A stretch of DNA of 64,000 bases from Acidobacteriota bacterium (GCA_004356105.1 SMYC01000026.1:11020-75019); one strand, 5' to 3'. Numbered from the stretch's first letter, positions 10,223 through 20,424 are shown. The notes: a model not told the origin generated them from the letters alone. Made by a program: numbers and translations.

Positions 10223-10267
10223 AGAAGTCTTTGGTCGTGCCGATTCGCGATCGGATGCGGTACTGTT

Positions 10268-10840
10268 ATGTCTATGGCGAACTGGGTTCGATATGCCATT
10301 GTACTGTCCGGCCTCGTCGCAGGCGTCACCTGCCGCGACTATCGCGCCATGTGGGAGGGGCGCTACGTGGAGGCGTTGGCGGAGCTTGGCGCAGCGAAAG
10401 GGGACCAAGAGCGCTTCTACGCCCTAACCGACGCCGCGACAGCGAGCTTTGAGTTAGGGAAGGCAGAGGAGGCACGTAGTTACGCGAACGAGCTGCTGAA
10501 TCTGGCGCCGCGCTTCCCTCGCGACTGGAACTACGGCAACGCGATCCACGACGGGCACATGGTGCTCGGTAGGGTTGCTCTCAGCGAGGGCGCCGTCGAG
10601 ACGGCGGAGAAGGAGCTGCTGCTCGCAGGTGGGACGCCCGGCTCCCCCCAGTTGGACAGCTTCGGACCGAACATGAGCCTCGCGAAGGATCTGCTGGAAC
10701 AGAATCACAGGGACGCTGTCGTGGAGTACTTTGGTCTGTGTGCCAAGTTCTGGAAACAGGAGCGCGGGAAGCTCCGCCGATGGACGGAGCGCGCCGAGGC
10801 CGGTCGGGTTCCGGACTTTGGCGCGAACCTGCTCTACTGA
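10268..10840 (+). CDS. hypothetical membrane-anchored protein
   Basis: 190 aa ORF with an N-terminal hydrophobic helix and good coding-like composition. No recognisable domain. Confidence 0.4.
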   Translation: MSMANWVRYAIVLSGLVAGVTCRDYRAMWEGRYVEALAELGAAKGDQERFYALTDAATASFELGKAEEARSYANELLNLAPRFPRDWNYGNAIHDGHMVLGRVALSEGAVETAEKELLLAGGTPGSPQLDSFGPNMSLAKDLLEQNHRDAVVEYFGLCAKFWKQERGKLRRWTERAEAGRVPDFGANLLY

Positions 10841-10896
10841 GGTTGCTCTCGACCCCCCAGATTGACTGGGTCCTGATGTAGTGCGCGATCTCTCTC

Positions 10897-11094
10897 TCAC
10901 TCGTAACGCAACGCGACGATCGGATCGACACGCATGGCGCGGCGTGCCGGCACGAAGCTCCCAAGTATCGCCACCACCAGCAGCAATACGATCGGTACGA
11001 CTAGACTAGATGCTTTCTGCCAGCACGGGCCGTTGATCCAGGTAATCTGTGGCAGCTTCGTACGCCATCGCAAACTCGAGCACTTCGCGGTCAT
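10897..11094 (-). pseudogene. ADOP/FtsX-family permease C-terminal remnant
   Basis: LLLVVAILGSFVPARRAMRVDPIVALRYE is the characteristic last TM plus C-terminus of MacB-like ADOP permeases. Only about 35 aa remain. Confidence 0.45.
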
Positions 11095-12559
11095 GCCCCA
11101 TTCGCCCCATGAACTGCATGCCCATGGGTCGACCCCGTCCGTCGAACCCGGCCGGCAGATTGACGACGGGCAACCCCGCTAGCGTTCCGCCAATGACCAC
11201 CTCCATCCATCGATGATACGTGTCCATGGCCCGACCGTTGATCGACTTCGGCCAGTGGAGATCGGCCGAGAACGGAAACACCTGAGCCGTCGGTAATGCC
11301 AGAACGTCATAGCGCTCGAACAGCTCGTGCAAAGCCCTGTACCAGTCAGCCCGTGCAATAGCCGCCTCTGCGACCCGCGATGCCGACATGTCGAAGCCGC
11401 CCTCGATCTCCCAGATGAGCTCCGGCTTGAGTAGCTTCCTCGTCTCCGGATCGTCGTAAAGCGCTTTGGAACTGCTCAGTGCCCAGTGGCGAAGCGTAAG
11501 CCACGTTTGCCAGAGCCGCGCCATGTCATAGGCGGGCATACAGTCTTCAACAATCACGCCGTGGGTCGAAATGCCCTCGAGGCTGCGCTCGCACAGATCC
11601 AGCAAACCCGGTTCGGTCGCCAGGTAACCCTCGTAGTCACCCATCCACCCGACGCGCAAGCCGGCGAAGTCGGCTTGTCGGAACGCGTCATACGCGGGAA
11701 TCTCATCTCTCAGACTCAAAGGCGCGCGGGAATCGTAGCCAGCCATGGTTCCAAGAAGGCGAATGGTGTCTTCGACATTCCGTCCCAACGGCCCGTCGGT
11801 GGCCAGTTGCTGGTAGTAGAGGTCATTGCTCGGCAAGCCGGGAACGCGTCCCTGGCTCGGGCGAAAACCGATGAGGTTATTGAAGGCTGCGGGGTTTCGC
11901 AGCGAGCCCATCATGTCGCTGCCGTCAGCGGTCGGCAACATGTGCGACGCCATGCCGGAGGCCGCGCCGCCGCTGCTGCCCCCAGCCGTCAAGGCCGGGT
12001 CGTAAGCGCACTTCGTCGTACCGTGGACATCGTTGTAGCTCTGCGAGCCCAGCCCGAATTCCGGTGTATTGGTTTTGCCGATGAAAATGGCTCCCTGCGC
12101 ACGCATGCGGGCGATGTGAAGATCGTCCTCCTCGGCAATCGTCCCCGCGAAGATTCTCGAGCCGGAGCTCGTCTCCAAACCCTTCGCGTTGGCTAGGTCT
12201 TTGACGGCATGCGGCATACCGTGCATCCATCCCCAATATTCATCTTCGTCCAGCGCCCGATCGGCGCGCTCTGCTTGCCTAACCAGCTCATCGTCATCGA
12301 CCATGCTGACGATGGCGTTGTAGACCGGGTTGTAGCGGTGAATTCTTGCCAGGTACGCCCGCATCACTTCAACGCAACGGACCTGCCGCTTCCGAATGGC
12401 CGCCGACAACTGTGATGCGCTCAAGCTGGTAATGTCAGCAGGCAAGTCCTGCGCAAACGCGGTACCGGTGCGCAGGAAGGGCAGCGCCAGCGCTGCTCCG
12501 AGACTCGAAGTGCTTTCTAGAAACTGGCGCCGGTTCAAGCTTGTTTTTGATGTGCTCAC
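11006..12559 (-). CDS. amidase (amidase-signature family), Tat-secreted
   Basis: Twin-arginine signal (NRRQFLESTSSLGAALALP...AFA). Amidase signature GGSSGGAASGMAS. 517 aa. Confidence 0.85.
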   Translation of the reverse strand: MSTSKTSLNRRQFLESTSSLGAALALPFLRTGTAFAQDLPADITSLSASQLSAAIRKRQVRCVEVMRAYLARIHRYNPVYNAIVSMVDDDELVRQAERADRALDEDEYWGWMHGMPHAVKDLANAKGLETSSGSRIFAGTIAEEDDLHIARMRAQGAIFIGKTNTPEFGLGSQSYNDVHGTTKCAYDPALTAGGSSGGAASGMASHMLPTADGSDMMGSLRNPAAFNNLIGFRPSQGRVPGLPSNDLYYQQLATDGPLGRNVEDTIRLLGTMAGYDSRAPLSLRDEIPAYDAFRQADFAGLRVGWMGDYEGYLATEPGLLDLCERSLEGISTHGVIVEDCMPAYDMARLWQTWLTLRHWALSSSKALYDDPETRKLLKPELIWEIEGGFDMSASRVAEAAIARADWYRALHELFERYDVLALPTAQVFPFSADLHWPKSINGRAMDTYHRWMEVVIGGTLAGLPVVNLPAGFDGRGRPMGMQFMGRMGHDREVLEFAMAYEAATDYLDQRPVLAESI

Positions 12560-12655
12560 GTCAATGCCCCTTTAGAGAACGTCCTCTCTCAGACCGTTTG
12601 TCATGACGTTTATACAGCTCTACCTGTCGGTTTGCCACAAGAGGGGGGCGCGGTT

Positions 12656-14476
12656 CTATTCGTGCCTGAGAGCGAGCATCGGGTCGAGGCGCGTGGCGCG
12701 CCGGGCGGGCCAGTAGACGGCTCCGAGGGCGACCGTGGCGAGAACGATCGTCGCGAGAAGCAACGTCGTCGCATCGGTCGGCTCGACCCCGTAGAGCGAG
12801 CTCGCAAGAAAGCGGGTCAGCAGGACCGCGCCCACCAGCCCGCCGGCGAGTCCGAGCCAGACCTTCTTCATGGCTTGGCTGACGATGAGCGACACGACGT
12901 TCGCTCGCGAGGCGCCGAGCGCCATGCGAAGGCCCATCTCCCGCGATCGGAGACCCACCGCGAAGGCGATGACACCGTAGATCCCGATCGAGGCCAGTGC
13001 GAGGGCGGCGTCGGCGAACGCTCCCAGGATGATGAGGCTGAAGCGATTCGCTGCCATCGACCCCGCGACCTGGGCGTCGAGCGTGTCGACCGCGTGGATG
13101 GGAAGCTCCGCGTCGGCGAGCTTGAGCTCGTTGCGCACGCGCGGCAACAAAGCCAGCAGGGAATGCTGCGCCTGGCCGGTGCGCAGAATAAATGTTCTCC
13201 AGCTCATCCAGCGCCAAGTGCGTTGGAGCGAAGGCGCGTACATCGCACCTCGCGCCGGCTCGTCGAGCCCGTAATGTTTCGTATCGGCGGCGACGCCCAC
13301 GACTTCGTGCCACGGACCATCCTCTGCGAACGCAATACGCCGTCCCAGCGGATTCTCGTCCGACCAGATGCGCCGCGCCATGGTCTCGTTGATCACGAGA
13401 ACCGGCGTGGACTCCGCGCGGTCGCGCTCGTCGAACGCCCTTCCTTTCAGAAGCGCAATGCCTGTGGCGCGAAAGTAGTCCGGCGATATCGCGCGATAAG
13501 GCATGAGGGTGCGCTCACCTGGCGCGGGTGCGGCTCGTCCTTCGACGAGAAAGCTGCCTGTTGATTCGTTCGTGTTCAGCGGGAGGCTCGTTGTCGCCCC
13601 CACGGTTCGAACCCCGGGGATGGCGCCAAGCTTCTCTTCTAGCTCGCCGTAGAACTGCTCCTGCTGCTGGATGTCTGGGTATCGCGATGGTGGAAGGTAA
13701 AACGACACGGCGAGCGCACCCCTGGGATTGAACCCTGGGTCGACTTGGAGAAGACGCCAGAAACTGTTGAGCAAGAGCCCGGCTCCTGCGAGAAGAACGA
13801 GCGACAGTGCCACCTCGGCGATGACGAGACCACTCCGGACACGCTCTCATAGAACGTGAGGCTCATGCCCAAAGCTCCACCCACGAGCGCCAGGAGAGTG
13901 CTTTCGACGAGAAACTGCTTCAGAAGCTGGTGCCTTCCCGCGCCCATGGCGACCCGGATGGCGGTCTCCCGCTCCCGCGAGCTCGCGCGCGCGAGGAGAA
14001 GATTCGCGACGTTGACGTAGGCAATGAGAAGCACGAGGGCGACCGCACCGAGAAGCACCAGGAGGCGCGTTCGCTCTTGGCGTACGAGATCTTCGTGGAG
14101 TGAGACGACGTTGACACTCCACCCCGTCATCCATTCCGGATGGTCCTCACTCAGGCGCGCCGCGATCGTCGTCATGTCGGCGCGCGCCTCGTCGAGGCTC
14201 ACGCCCGGGCGCCGCCGGCCAACGACACGCAGCATGTGCGCCTTCCGGTTATGCCGGTCGTCGCTGTCGAAACGGCGGGGGAACCCACAGGTCGGCATCA
14301 GACATCACCAGCCGAGACGTGGGCGGAAGCACGCCTACGATCGTGACCGCATCCCCGTCGATGCGAATCGTGCGTCCGATGGCACCGGGGTCAGCGCCGA
14401 AACGGGACGTCCAGAGATCATGGCTCAAGACCGTAACGTAAGGCGCGCCCGTTTCGTGATCCGACTCCACGAACAA
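12656..14476 (-). pseudogene. ADOP/MacB-like ABC transporter permease (FtsX + MacB periplasmic domain), N-terminally truncated with at least two frameshifts
   Basis: Three overlapping ORFs (12656-13813, 13639-14298, 14249-14476) together give the MacB_PCD and both FtsX halves. The C-terminus is RLDPMLALRHE. The first TM/N-terminus is absent. Confidence 0.6.
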
Positions 14477-14585
14477 CCGTCCGTGAGCCGGCCGTGCAAT
14501 AGCTCAGAAGAGAGGCCTTGTCAAGCAGCCCACGACTTTCCCGCGGATGAAAAGAAACTCACCCGCCGTCGGCTACGCGCGTTTG

Positions 14586-14918
14586 TTAGGCTCCGATAAT
14601 CTCATTGAGCCCCTCTACAACGTGAGCCAGTTCCTCGGGACTCGCTCGGGCAATTCGCCTGCCGACTCTTTCGAGCGCCAACGTCCGTATTTGACTGATC
14701 TTTATCCACGACTTCTTCGGGAGACCCTTGGCGTCACACTTCAGAGTGAGCGGGAAATGCGCGCGCTGAGGTACGCTCGTCAGGGCGACGGCAATGATGG
14801 TCCCTGATCGCTCGTTGAACACATCTTGACTAAGAACAAGAATCGGGCGACTGCCGGCTTGCTCTCGTCCCCGGGTTGGGTTTAGGTCCGCCCAACGAAT
14901 GTCGCCCCTTAATATTCG
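14586..14918 (-). CDS. MazF/PemK-family type II toxin (mRNA interferase)
   Basis: RGDIRWADLNPTRGREQAGSRPILVLSQDVFNERSGTIIAVALTS is the PemK/MazF core. The likely start is the internal Met MARILRG. Confidence 0.7.
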   Translation of the reverse strand, partial: RILRGDIRWADLNPTRGREQAGSRPILVLSQDVFNERSGTIIAVALTSVPQRAHFPLTLKCDAKGLPKKSWIKISQIRTLALERVGRRIARASPEELAHVVEGLNEIIGA

Positions 14919-15151
14919 GGCCATTCCGCCGAATCCGCTGACACGCCTTCTTCCGCGAGGCCCTTTTCGAAATCCCGATCGAGCTTGGCGCACTCTCGTG
15001 CTAGACGACTTCGCTCCAGGCGTTCAAGCTTTTCGAAGACAGCCTCTTCGATCGCCTGGCTGCGATTGGGGTAGAATTCTTCCGCAACGAGCCTGTCCAA
15101 ACGTTCGAGCGTCGCTACATCCAAAGAAATCGCGATTTTCGCTCGAGGCAT
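14909..15151 (-). CDS. RHH/CopG-type antitoxin partner of the MazF-like toxin
   Basis: 80 aa. The N-terminal MPRAKIAISLDVATLERLD is a ribbon-helix-helix motif. It overlaps the toxin start by a few nt. Confidence 0.6.
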   Translation of the reverse strand: MPRAKIAISLDVATLERLDRLVAEEFYPNRSQAIEEAVFEKLERLERSRLARECAKLDRDFEKGLAEEGVSADSAEWPEY

Positions 15152-15379
15152 CCTCGTTCCCTTACGGTGATAGTATGACGATACTTCATACCGATAACGC
15201 CGTCAAGTGACATTTTGAGCCTAGCCGTGTAGAAGAACGGCGTGGCCGGCGCTGCTCTTGGCAGCGCCGCGACTCGATCAGTGCTCGGCTCGACATGAGG
15301 AAGGGAAGAGAGAGCGCCGGCAGTAAACGGGCGGTCATCTTGGATAGCTTTTGGAGAAATGATCGTGCTGAGCTCGCCT

Positions 15380-15793
15380 TTAGTTCGACGGACCGCCTTC
15401 GAGCTCGGCGGACCAGTTTTCCACGACGACGAGCACAGCTTCCTCAGCCGCGGCAATCATCACGAGACGGTCCCCATCGGGATGGACGTCGTAGGGTGGC
15501 GCGTCAAAAGTGCCGCTAACCGACGACAAGAACACGTCCGCTTCTTCAGCAGTAAAACGCGGCTCAGGCTTGTCCGCTTGGAACACTGACCCGGTGGTCA
15601 CGGGAACTCGCATCAACCGGTTCTCCTCCACGTAGAACAGCGCCGCTTCGTCTTCTTCGATGGAGTGGATCGTCGCAATATTGGGATGATTCAACTTCGC
15701 GGCCGCCTCGGCTTCCGTTCGAAAGCGGCGCAGGCGCTCGGGATCGTGGCGCAGATCCTCGGGCAGGAACTTGATCGCTACCTCGCGCTTCAT
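15380..15793 (-). pseudogene. internally deleted Ser/Thr kinase-PD40 propeller gene remnant
   Basis: Kinase subdomains II-IV ([10 protein letters not shown]...[11 protein letters not shown]) are joined directly to the last propeller blade and the family C-terminus ([12 protein letters not shown]...[11 protein letters not shown]). Confidence 0.55.
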
Positions 15794-15940
15794 CTTGGTG
15801 TCTTCGGCGAGGTAGACCTCACCCAGGCCACCGCTTCCTAGCTTTCGAAGGATTTGTAGTGCGAGAGCGTGCGACCCATCATAGCGAGGAGAAGCTATTG
15901 CACCAGCGCAGGAATGTAAAGCGACCCTCCTGGTCGTCGA

Positions 15941-16431
15941 CTACCGGACCGCACGCTCGGCAGGGAAGTACCAAACTCTCTTGATCAGGTTGCAACGCAC
16001 TTCGTAGACGGCAAGCGAAGATTGCCCACCAACGATTTGCTCTCGAAGGGAAACAAAGACAGGACCGTCGACAGCCCCGACGATCGTAGAGCGGACCGAA
16101 GGACGTTGAGCGAGTAGCCGGCCATCTCTTTCGAAAGCTGCTCCGGGCCTTCTGTGGCCAGGCTTGACTTGGAGCAGCTTGGCAGGATCCACCGCGACGA
16201 CGGTTGCCCAAAGAATGCCGCCGCCACCCTCCCAGGTTTCGTACATCCGTCCACCGGGTTCGGGCTCCAGGTAATAGCGCCGTTTCTCCGGCTCACCCCG
16301 GCGAAGAACGTCTCCGGCCACCACGCCCCGATGTCATCCGTGAGGGCCTTCCAGACCGCCTCCACGGATCCGGTGATGCGGACCTCCATGTGCGCATCGA
16401 GAACCGCGGCCGCGGTAGATGTCGTGCTCAT
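15941..16431 (-). CDS. SRPBCC/AHSA1-family protein (frameshift near 16300)
   Basis: The N-terminus VRITGSVEAVWKALTDDIGAWWP is in one frame. The rest (YLEPEPGGRMYETWEGGGG...VFVSLREQ) is in an overlapping ORF. It is co-oriented with arsR, as is typical. Confidence 0.5.
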
Positions 16432-16799
16432 ACTCTCCCCTTTCTTTCTTCGATCGTTGCTTTCAGTCGCAGTAAGTGGCTAGCGCTCAGCCGCTCGAAT
16501 GGCTTGATCCAGCGACGATGGATCGCTTGGATCGGAACGGGATTCAGGTGATTGACGCGCTCGCGACCGCGACGCTCAACGAAGACGAGATTCCCTTTCT
16601 CGAGCGCCTTGAGGTGCTTCATCACGGCGAAGCGAGAGAACGCGAAGCATTGGCAGAGCTCTCCTGTCGTCATGGAGCGCTGGCGAAGCAGATCGAGCAT
16701 GCGTCGCCTCGAAGGGTCGTTCAGCGCTCGCCAGATCAGATCCTCGCCGTCTTTATCCGGTGCGGCGTCGTCTTCTGGAGCGATGGTCCGTCGAGTCAT
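16428..16799 (-). CDS. ArsR/SmtB-family transcriptional regulator
   Basis: RRRMLDLLRQRSMTTGELCQCFAFSRFAVMKHLKALEKGNLV is the ArsR wHTH core. A perfect palindrome sits directly at its start codon. Confidence 0.75.
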   Translation of the reverse strand: MTRRTIAPEDDAAPDKDGEDLIWRALNDPSRRRMLDLLRQRSMTTGELCQCFAFSRFAVMKHLKALEKGNLVFVERRGRERVNHLNPVPIQAIHRRWIKPFERLSASHLLRLKATIEERKGRV

Positions 16800-16800
16800 A

Positions 16801-16820
16801 ATGTGACCATATGGTCACAT
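16801..16820. promoter_or_regulatory. perfect 20-bp palindrome ATGTGACCATATGGTCACAT abutting the arsR start; putative ArsR operator
   Basis: Seen directly in the sequence. ArsR/SmtB operators are imperfect 12-2-12 inverted repeats overlapping their own promoters. Confidence 0.5.
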
Positions 16821-16932
16821 AAAGGAAGGCTAGAGTCAAGGCACTGGCTGTAGAAAAGCGGTGTACTATGACGTTGGCGTGGCCGCCAGCGCGCGCCTCG
16901 AACCCACGTCACGATCTTCAAAGGAATCTGCA

Positions 16933-18942
16933 ATGAGAACTTCGCCCCTACTCCGCCGAGTCCCCCTGAATCTAGTTGTCGTACTCACCGTCGTCCTGAC
17001 GAGTGCGCCGAGCATCGTTCTCGCCCAGGGACGTACGCTCGAGATCGACGACCTACGTCTCGAGGTCGGCGTTTCGACCCCCGTCCTGTCTCCCGACGGC
17101 AGTCAGGCCATCGTGACAACGAGCACTCCGAACTATGAAGACAACCGTTTCGATCGGACGCTCGTTCTCGTCGATGTCGCGACGGGCGCGCAGCGAGAGC
17201 TGACGCCGCACCGGCCAGGCGTGCGCCAGCCGCGTTGGTCGCCCACAGGCGATAGGCTCGCGTTCACCGACTCTAGCGAGGATGACGAAGACCGCCAGGT
17301 CTTCATGCTGCCGATGGGTGGAGGCGAGGCTCGCCAAGTGACGCATGCTGAAGAGGGCATCAAGGGCTTCGAGTGGACGATGGACGGAGCGCACATCCTC
17401 TATACGAGCCCCGACGTTGCCGTGGAGCTCGAGGGGGAGGAGCGGCACAACAAGTCTTTCGAAGTGGGAGACAACAGCTACTTGACGCTCGCGGCTCCCA
17501 GATCCGCCCACCTGTGGCGTGTTTCGGTGGAAGGCGGTGACGCCGAGCGGCTCACCGAGGGCGCCGAGAGCATTGACGGGTTCGTGGTCTCCTCGGACGG
17601 CCACACCGTGGCACTCGAAGTTCTTCCGCTGCCGCATAGCGGCGAGGGTATTCGGAGCACGATCCGCCTGATCGACCTGGAGTCGGGCGAGACGCGCGAT
17701 CTGGTTGGCGATCGCCCGGTCTCTCCGTGGAAATTCTCGCCCGACGGACGCTACCTTGCCTTCGGCCGGTCGCGAGGTCCTGAGCCGGGCTTCAACCCCA
17801 ACGGAATCTTTCTAAAGCCCGTCGACGGTGCCGAGACGATCGACGTGACGGCGCAGATCGACCGTAGCCTGCGCGGCATGGCGTGGATGCCGGACGGCCA
17901 GTCCATATTGGTGAGCGGCACCGATCTGACGGCGCGGGCCTTGTGGCATCAACCGCTCGACGGTGCGCCGCAGCGGCTCGATCTCGGAGACATCCATCCT
18001 GGGAGTCCCGTTGTGGCACCGAACGGCACGGTTGTGTTTGTTGGCCGAGAGGATCATCGGGCCTCCGAGCTTTACGCCATGAGCGCGGGCCAGTGGGAGC
18101 CGCGTCGCCTCACGAGCTTCAACGATGCCTTAGCCGAGATGCATCTCGGCCATGTCGAGACGGTGATCTGGAGCGGTCCCGACGGGTTCGAGCAGAACGG
18201 TGTCTTGGTTTATCCGCCAGAATATGAAGCGGGACGCCGCTACCCGCTCGTCCTCAGCATCCATGGCGGTCCCATGGGCGCTTCCGTTGAGGCATTCAGC
18301 ACCTTCAACCAGATCATGGCCGCGCGGGGGTGGCTCGTGTTCAGTCCCAACTATCGCGGAAGCAGTACCCAGGGGAAGGCGTTCCAAAGCGCGGTGATCA
18401 ACGACGCGGGCGAGGGTCCGGGTCGTGACGTCATGTCGGGCGTCCAGGTTCTGAAGGAGCGAGGGATCGTGGACGAGTCGCGCGTGGCCGTGTCGGGCTG
18501 GTCGTACGGAGGCTACATGACAGCCTGGCTCACCGCTCACTACGACGGGTGGGCCGTCGCGATGGCTGGTGCCGCCGTTACCGACTGGTTCGACTGGTAC
18601 AGCATGGCGGACATGAACACTTGGGCGGGCTACGGTCTCGGCGGATCTCCGTGGCTCAACGACAACGCGATGAACTACTGGCGGCAATCACCCATGGCCT
18701 ACGCCCACCAGATCCGGACCCCGACCCTAATCCTGTCAGACACCGGCGACGAGCGCGTGACGGTCAGCCAGTCGTACAAGCTCTACCACGCGCTCAAGGA
18801 TAACGGCGTAGAGGTGAAGTTCGTCGTCTATCCCGTGCCGGGACACTTTCCGGCCGATCCCGTCCACCGGCGGGACTTGAGGCGTCGCTGGGTAGAATGG
18901 ATCGCTCAGCACTTTGATCGAATCGCGGCGACGAGCGAGTAG
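16933..18942 (+). CDS. S9 family serine peptidase (prolyl oligopeptidase/acylaminoacyl-peptidase type) with N-terminal beta-propeller, secreted
   Basis: Signal peptide. PD40-like propeller. Catalytic GWSYGGYM (GxSxGG) and the Asp/His region in the C-terminal alpha/beta hydrolase fold. Confidence 0.85.
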   Translation: MRTSPLLRRVPLNLVVVLTVVLTSAPSIVLAQGRTLEIDDLRLEVGVSTPVLSPDGSQAIVTTSTPNYEDNRFDRTLVLVDVATGAQRELTPHRPGVRQPRWSPTGDRLAFTDSSEDDEDRQVFMLPMGGGEARQVTHAEEGIKGFEWTMDGAHILYTSPDVAVELEGEERHNKSFEVGDNSYLTLAAPRSAHLWRVSVEGGDAERLTEGAESIDGFVVSSDGHTVALEVLPLPHSGEGIRSTIRLIDLESGETRDLVGDRPVSPWKFSPDGRYLAFGRSRGPEPGFNPNGIFLKPVDGAETIDVTAQIDRSLRGMAWMPDGQSILVSGTDLTARALWHQPLDGAPQRLDLGDIHPGSPVVAPNGTVVFVGREDHRASELYAMSAGQWEPRRLTSFNDALAEMHLGHVETVIWSGPDGFEQNGVLVYPPEYEAGRRYPLVLSIHGGPMGASVEAFSTFNQIMAARGWLVFSPNYRGSSTQGKAFQSAVINDAGEGPGRDVMSGVQVLKERGIVDESRVAVSGWSYGGYMTAWLTAHYDGWAVAMAGAAVTDWFDWYSMADMNTWAGYGLGGSPWLNDNAMNYWRQSPMAYAHQIRTPTLILSDTGDERVTVSQSYKLYHALKDNGVEVKFVVYPVPGHFPADPVHRRDLRRRWVEWIAQHFDRIAATSE

Positions 18943-18967
18943 CGTGACGCTCAAGTAGTTCGGCGTC

Positions 18968-19363
18968 TCACCAAGATATGAGGTCTAGACCTGGAACGCG
19001 TTGAAACTGGCCGAGGTTTCGGCTTACCAGCGTAACGTTTGCCGAGAGCGCGATCGACGCGATCAAGAGATCGTTCGCGCCGATTGGACGGCCTTCGCGT
19101 TTGAGCTGCGCTCTAACACTGCTGTAATGCGCCGCGGCGGCATCATCGAATGGAAGCGATTCGAAAACGTCGCAAAACCGTTCGACACGGTCGAGGTTCT
19201 CCGCGACTCTCCCCGAATTTCGAGCACCGAAGTAGAGCTCGGCCTTGACGACACTACAAAGAACGACCGCGCTTGGCGTCTCTTCGAGAAGGCGCTCAGC
19301 CAGATCCTGATCGGTTCGATTGATCAACGGAATGCACACGCTGGTCTCGAGGAGTAAGCTCAA
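18968..19363 (-). CDS. vapC: PIN-domain toxin VapC
   Basis: 131 aa with PIN acidic residues (LLETSVCIPL...D, ...NDLLIAS). It overlaps the upstream small ORF by 4 nt. Confidence 0.7.
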   Translation of the reverse strand: MSLLLETSVCIPLINRTDQDLAERLLEETPSAVVLCSVVKAELYFGARNSGRVAENLDRVERFCDVFESLPFDDAAAAHYSSVRAQLKREGRPIGANDLLIASIALSANVTLVSRNLGQFQRVPGLDLISW

Positions 19364-19584
19364 GTGATCGCCTCGATATTCTCCGGCGGCGGGTCGTCCG
19401 GCTCAACAAGATCGCCTCGGCCGTGGGTCAGCAGGTCCACTAGACTCTTCGGCCACTCTACTGCGGTTGTCTCGCGTCGAACCAGCTCTGCAACCCATGA
19501 AGAGAGGCTCCGCTCAGCGCCTCTCGCTTGTTTGCGAGCCTCCTCTATCAATGCATCCGGGAGATATATCGTTACCTGTGCCAT
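19360..19584 (-). CDS. vapB: VapB-type antitoxin
   Basis: 74 aa, MAQVTIYLPDALIEEARKQA..., typical antitoxin N-terminus. Translationally coupled to vapC. Confidence 0.55.
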   Translation of the reverse strand: MAQVTIYLPDALIEEARKQARGAERSLSSWVAELVRRETTAVEWPKSLVDLLTHGRGDLVEPDDPPPENIEAIT

Positions 19585-19677
19585 AGCCTATTTATAAGTG
19601 GCACGTATACTTGTATCAAATCCACGACTCATCGAGAGGCCCACAGGCGAAGTATGTGTTGGGAAGAGAACGCCGGG

Positions 19678-20424
19678 TCAGGCCGTATGGGCGATCCTGA
19701 CGCCGGTCTCGGCCGGGAGCCACCGGTCCAGAATCGCCGTCAGTTCCTCCTGGCGGACTGGTTTGGACAGGAAGTCGTCCATCCCGACCGCCAGACAGCG
19801 CTCGCGGTCGCCGGCCATCGCGCTGGCAGTCAGGGCGATGATCGGCAGGTGCCTCTCCGTCGCCGCCGCGCGAATCCTCCGGGTCGCTTCGAGCCCATCC
19901 ATCGTCGGCATCTGGCAGTCCATGAAGATCAGATGGCTGAAGTAAAAGTTGGAGCCCTGGCGGGGCTCACTTTCAACCGACAGCAAGCCGCACAACTGCT
20001 TCGAGATCGTGAGTCCGAGTCCGCTTCCTCCATATTTGCAGGTTGTCGAGGTGTCGGCCTGCGAGAACGATTCGAACAACTTGTCCTGCCTGTCGAGAGG
20101 AGTCCCGATCCCGCTGTCGATGACCTCGAAGCGGATCGTCACGTGGGAGTCGGTCTCCCCGTCGACGCTCGCCAGGACTCGCACCTCGCCGTCCGCGGTG
20201 AACTTGATCGCGTTGCCGATCAGGTTGAGCAGGATCTGCCGCAGCCGCACGGAGTCGACCCGGACCCAGGCAGGGCATGCCGGGTCGATCTTGGCGACGA
20301 GACCGAGGCCCTTCGCCTCGGCCTTGACTCCAACGACCTTGATCGCGTTGTCAATCAGGGTTCGCGGGCTGACCTCGATGGGGTCGAGCTCGATTTTGCC
20401 CGCCTCGATTTTGGTGAAGTCCAA
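19678..20424 (-). pseudogene. hybrid histidine kinase remnant (HisKA tail + HATPase_c + partial receiver)
   Basis: It begins inside the HisKA end (DFTKIEAGK). The HATPase_c domain is complete (NLIGNAIKFT...GGSGLGLTISKQL). The receiver lacks its first ~50 aa (HLIFMDCQMPTMDG...). It is a paralog of the 47.6-52.2 kb kinase. Confidence 0.6.

Noticed and set aside
12561-13313. 250-aa Arg-rich minus-strand ORF and the 310-aa plus-strand ORF at 12632-13564
   Set aside because: Both overlap the ADOP permease frames. The real coding frames are those with FtsX/MacB similarity.
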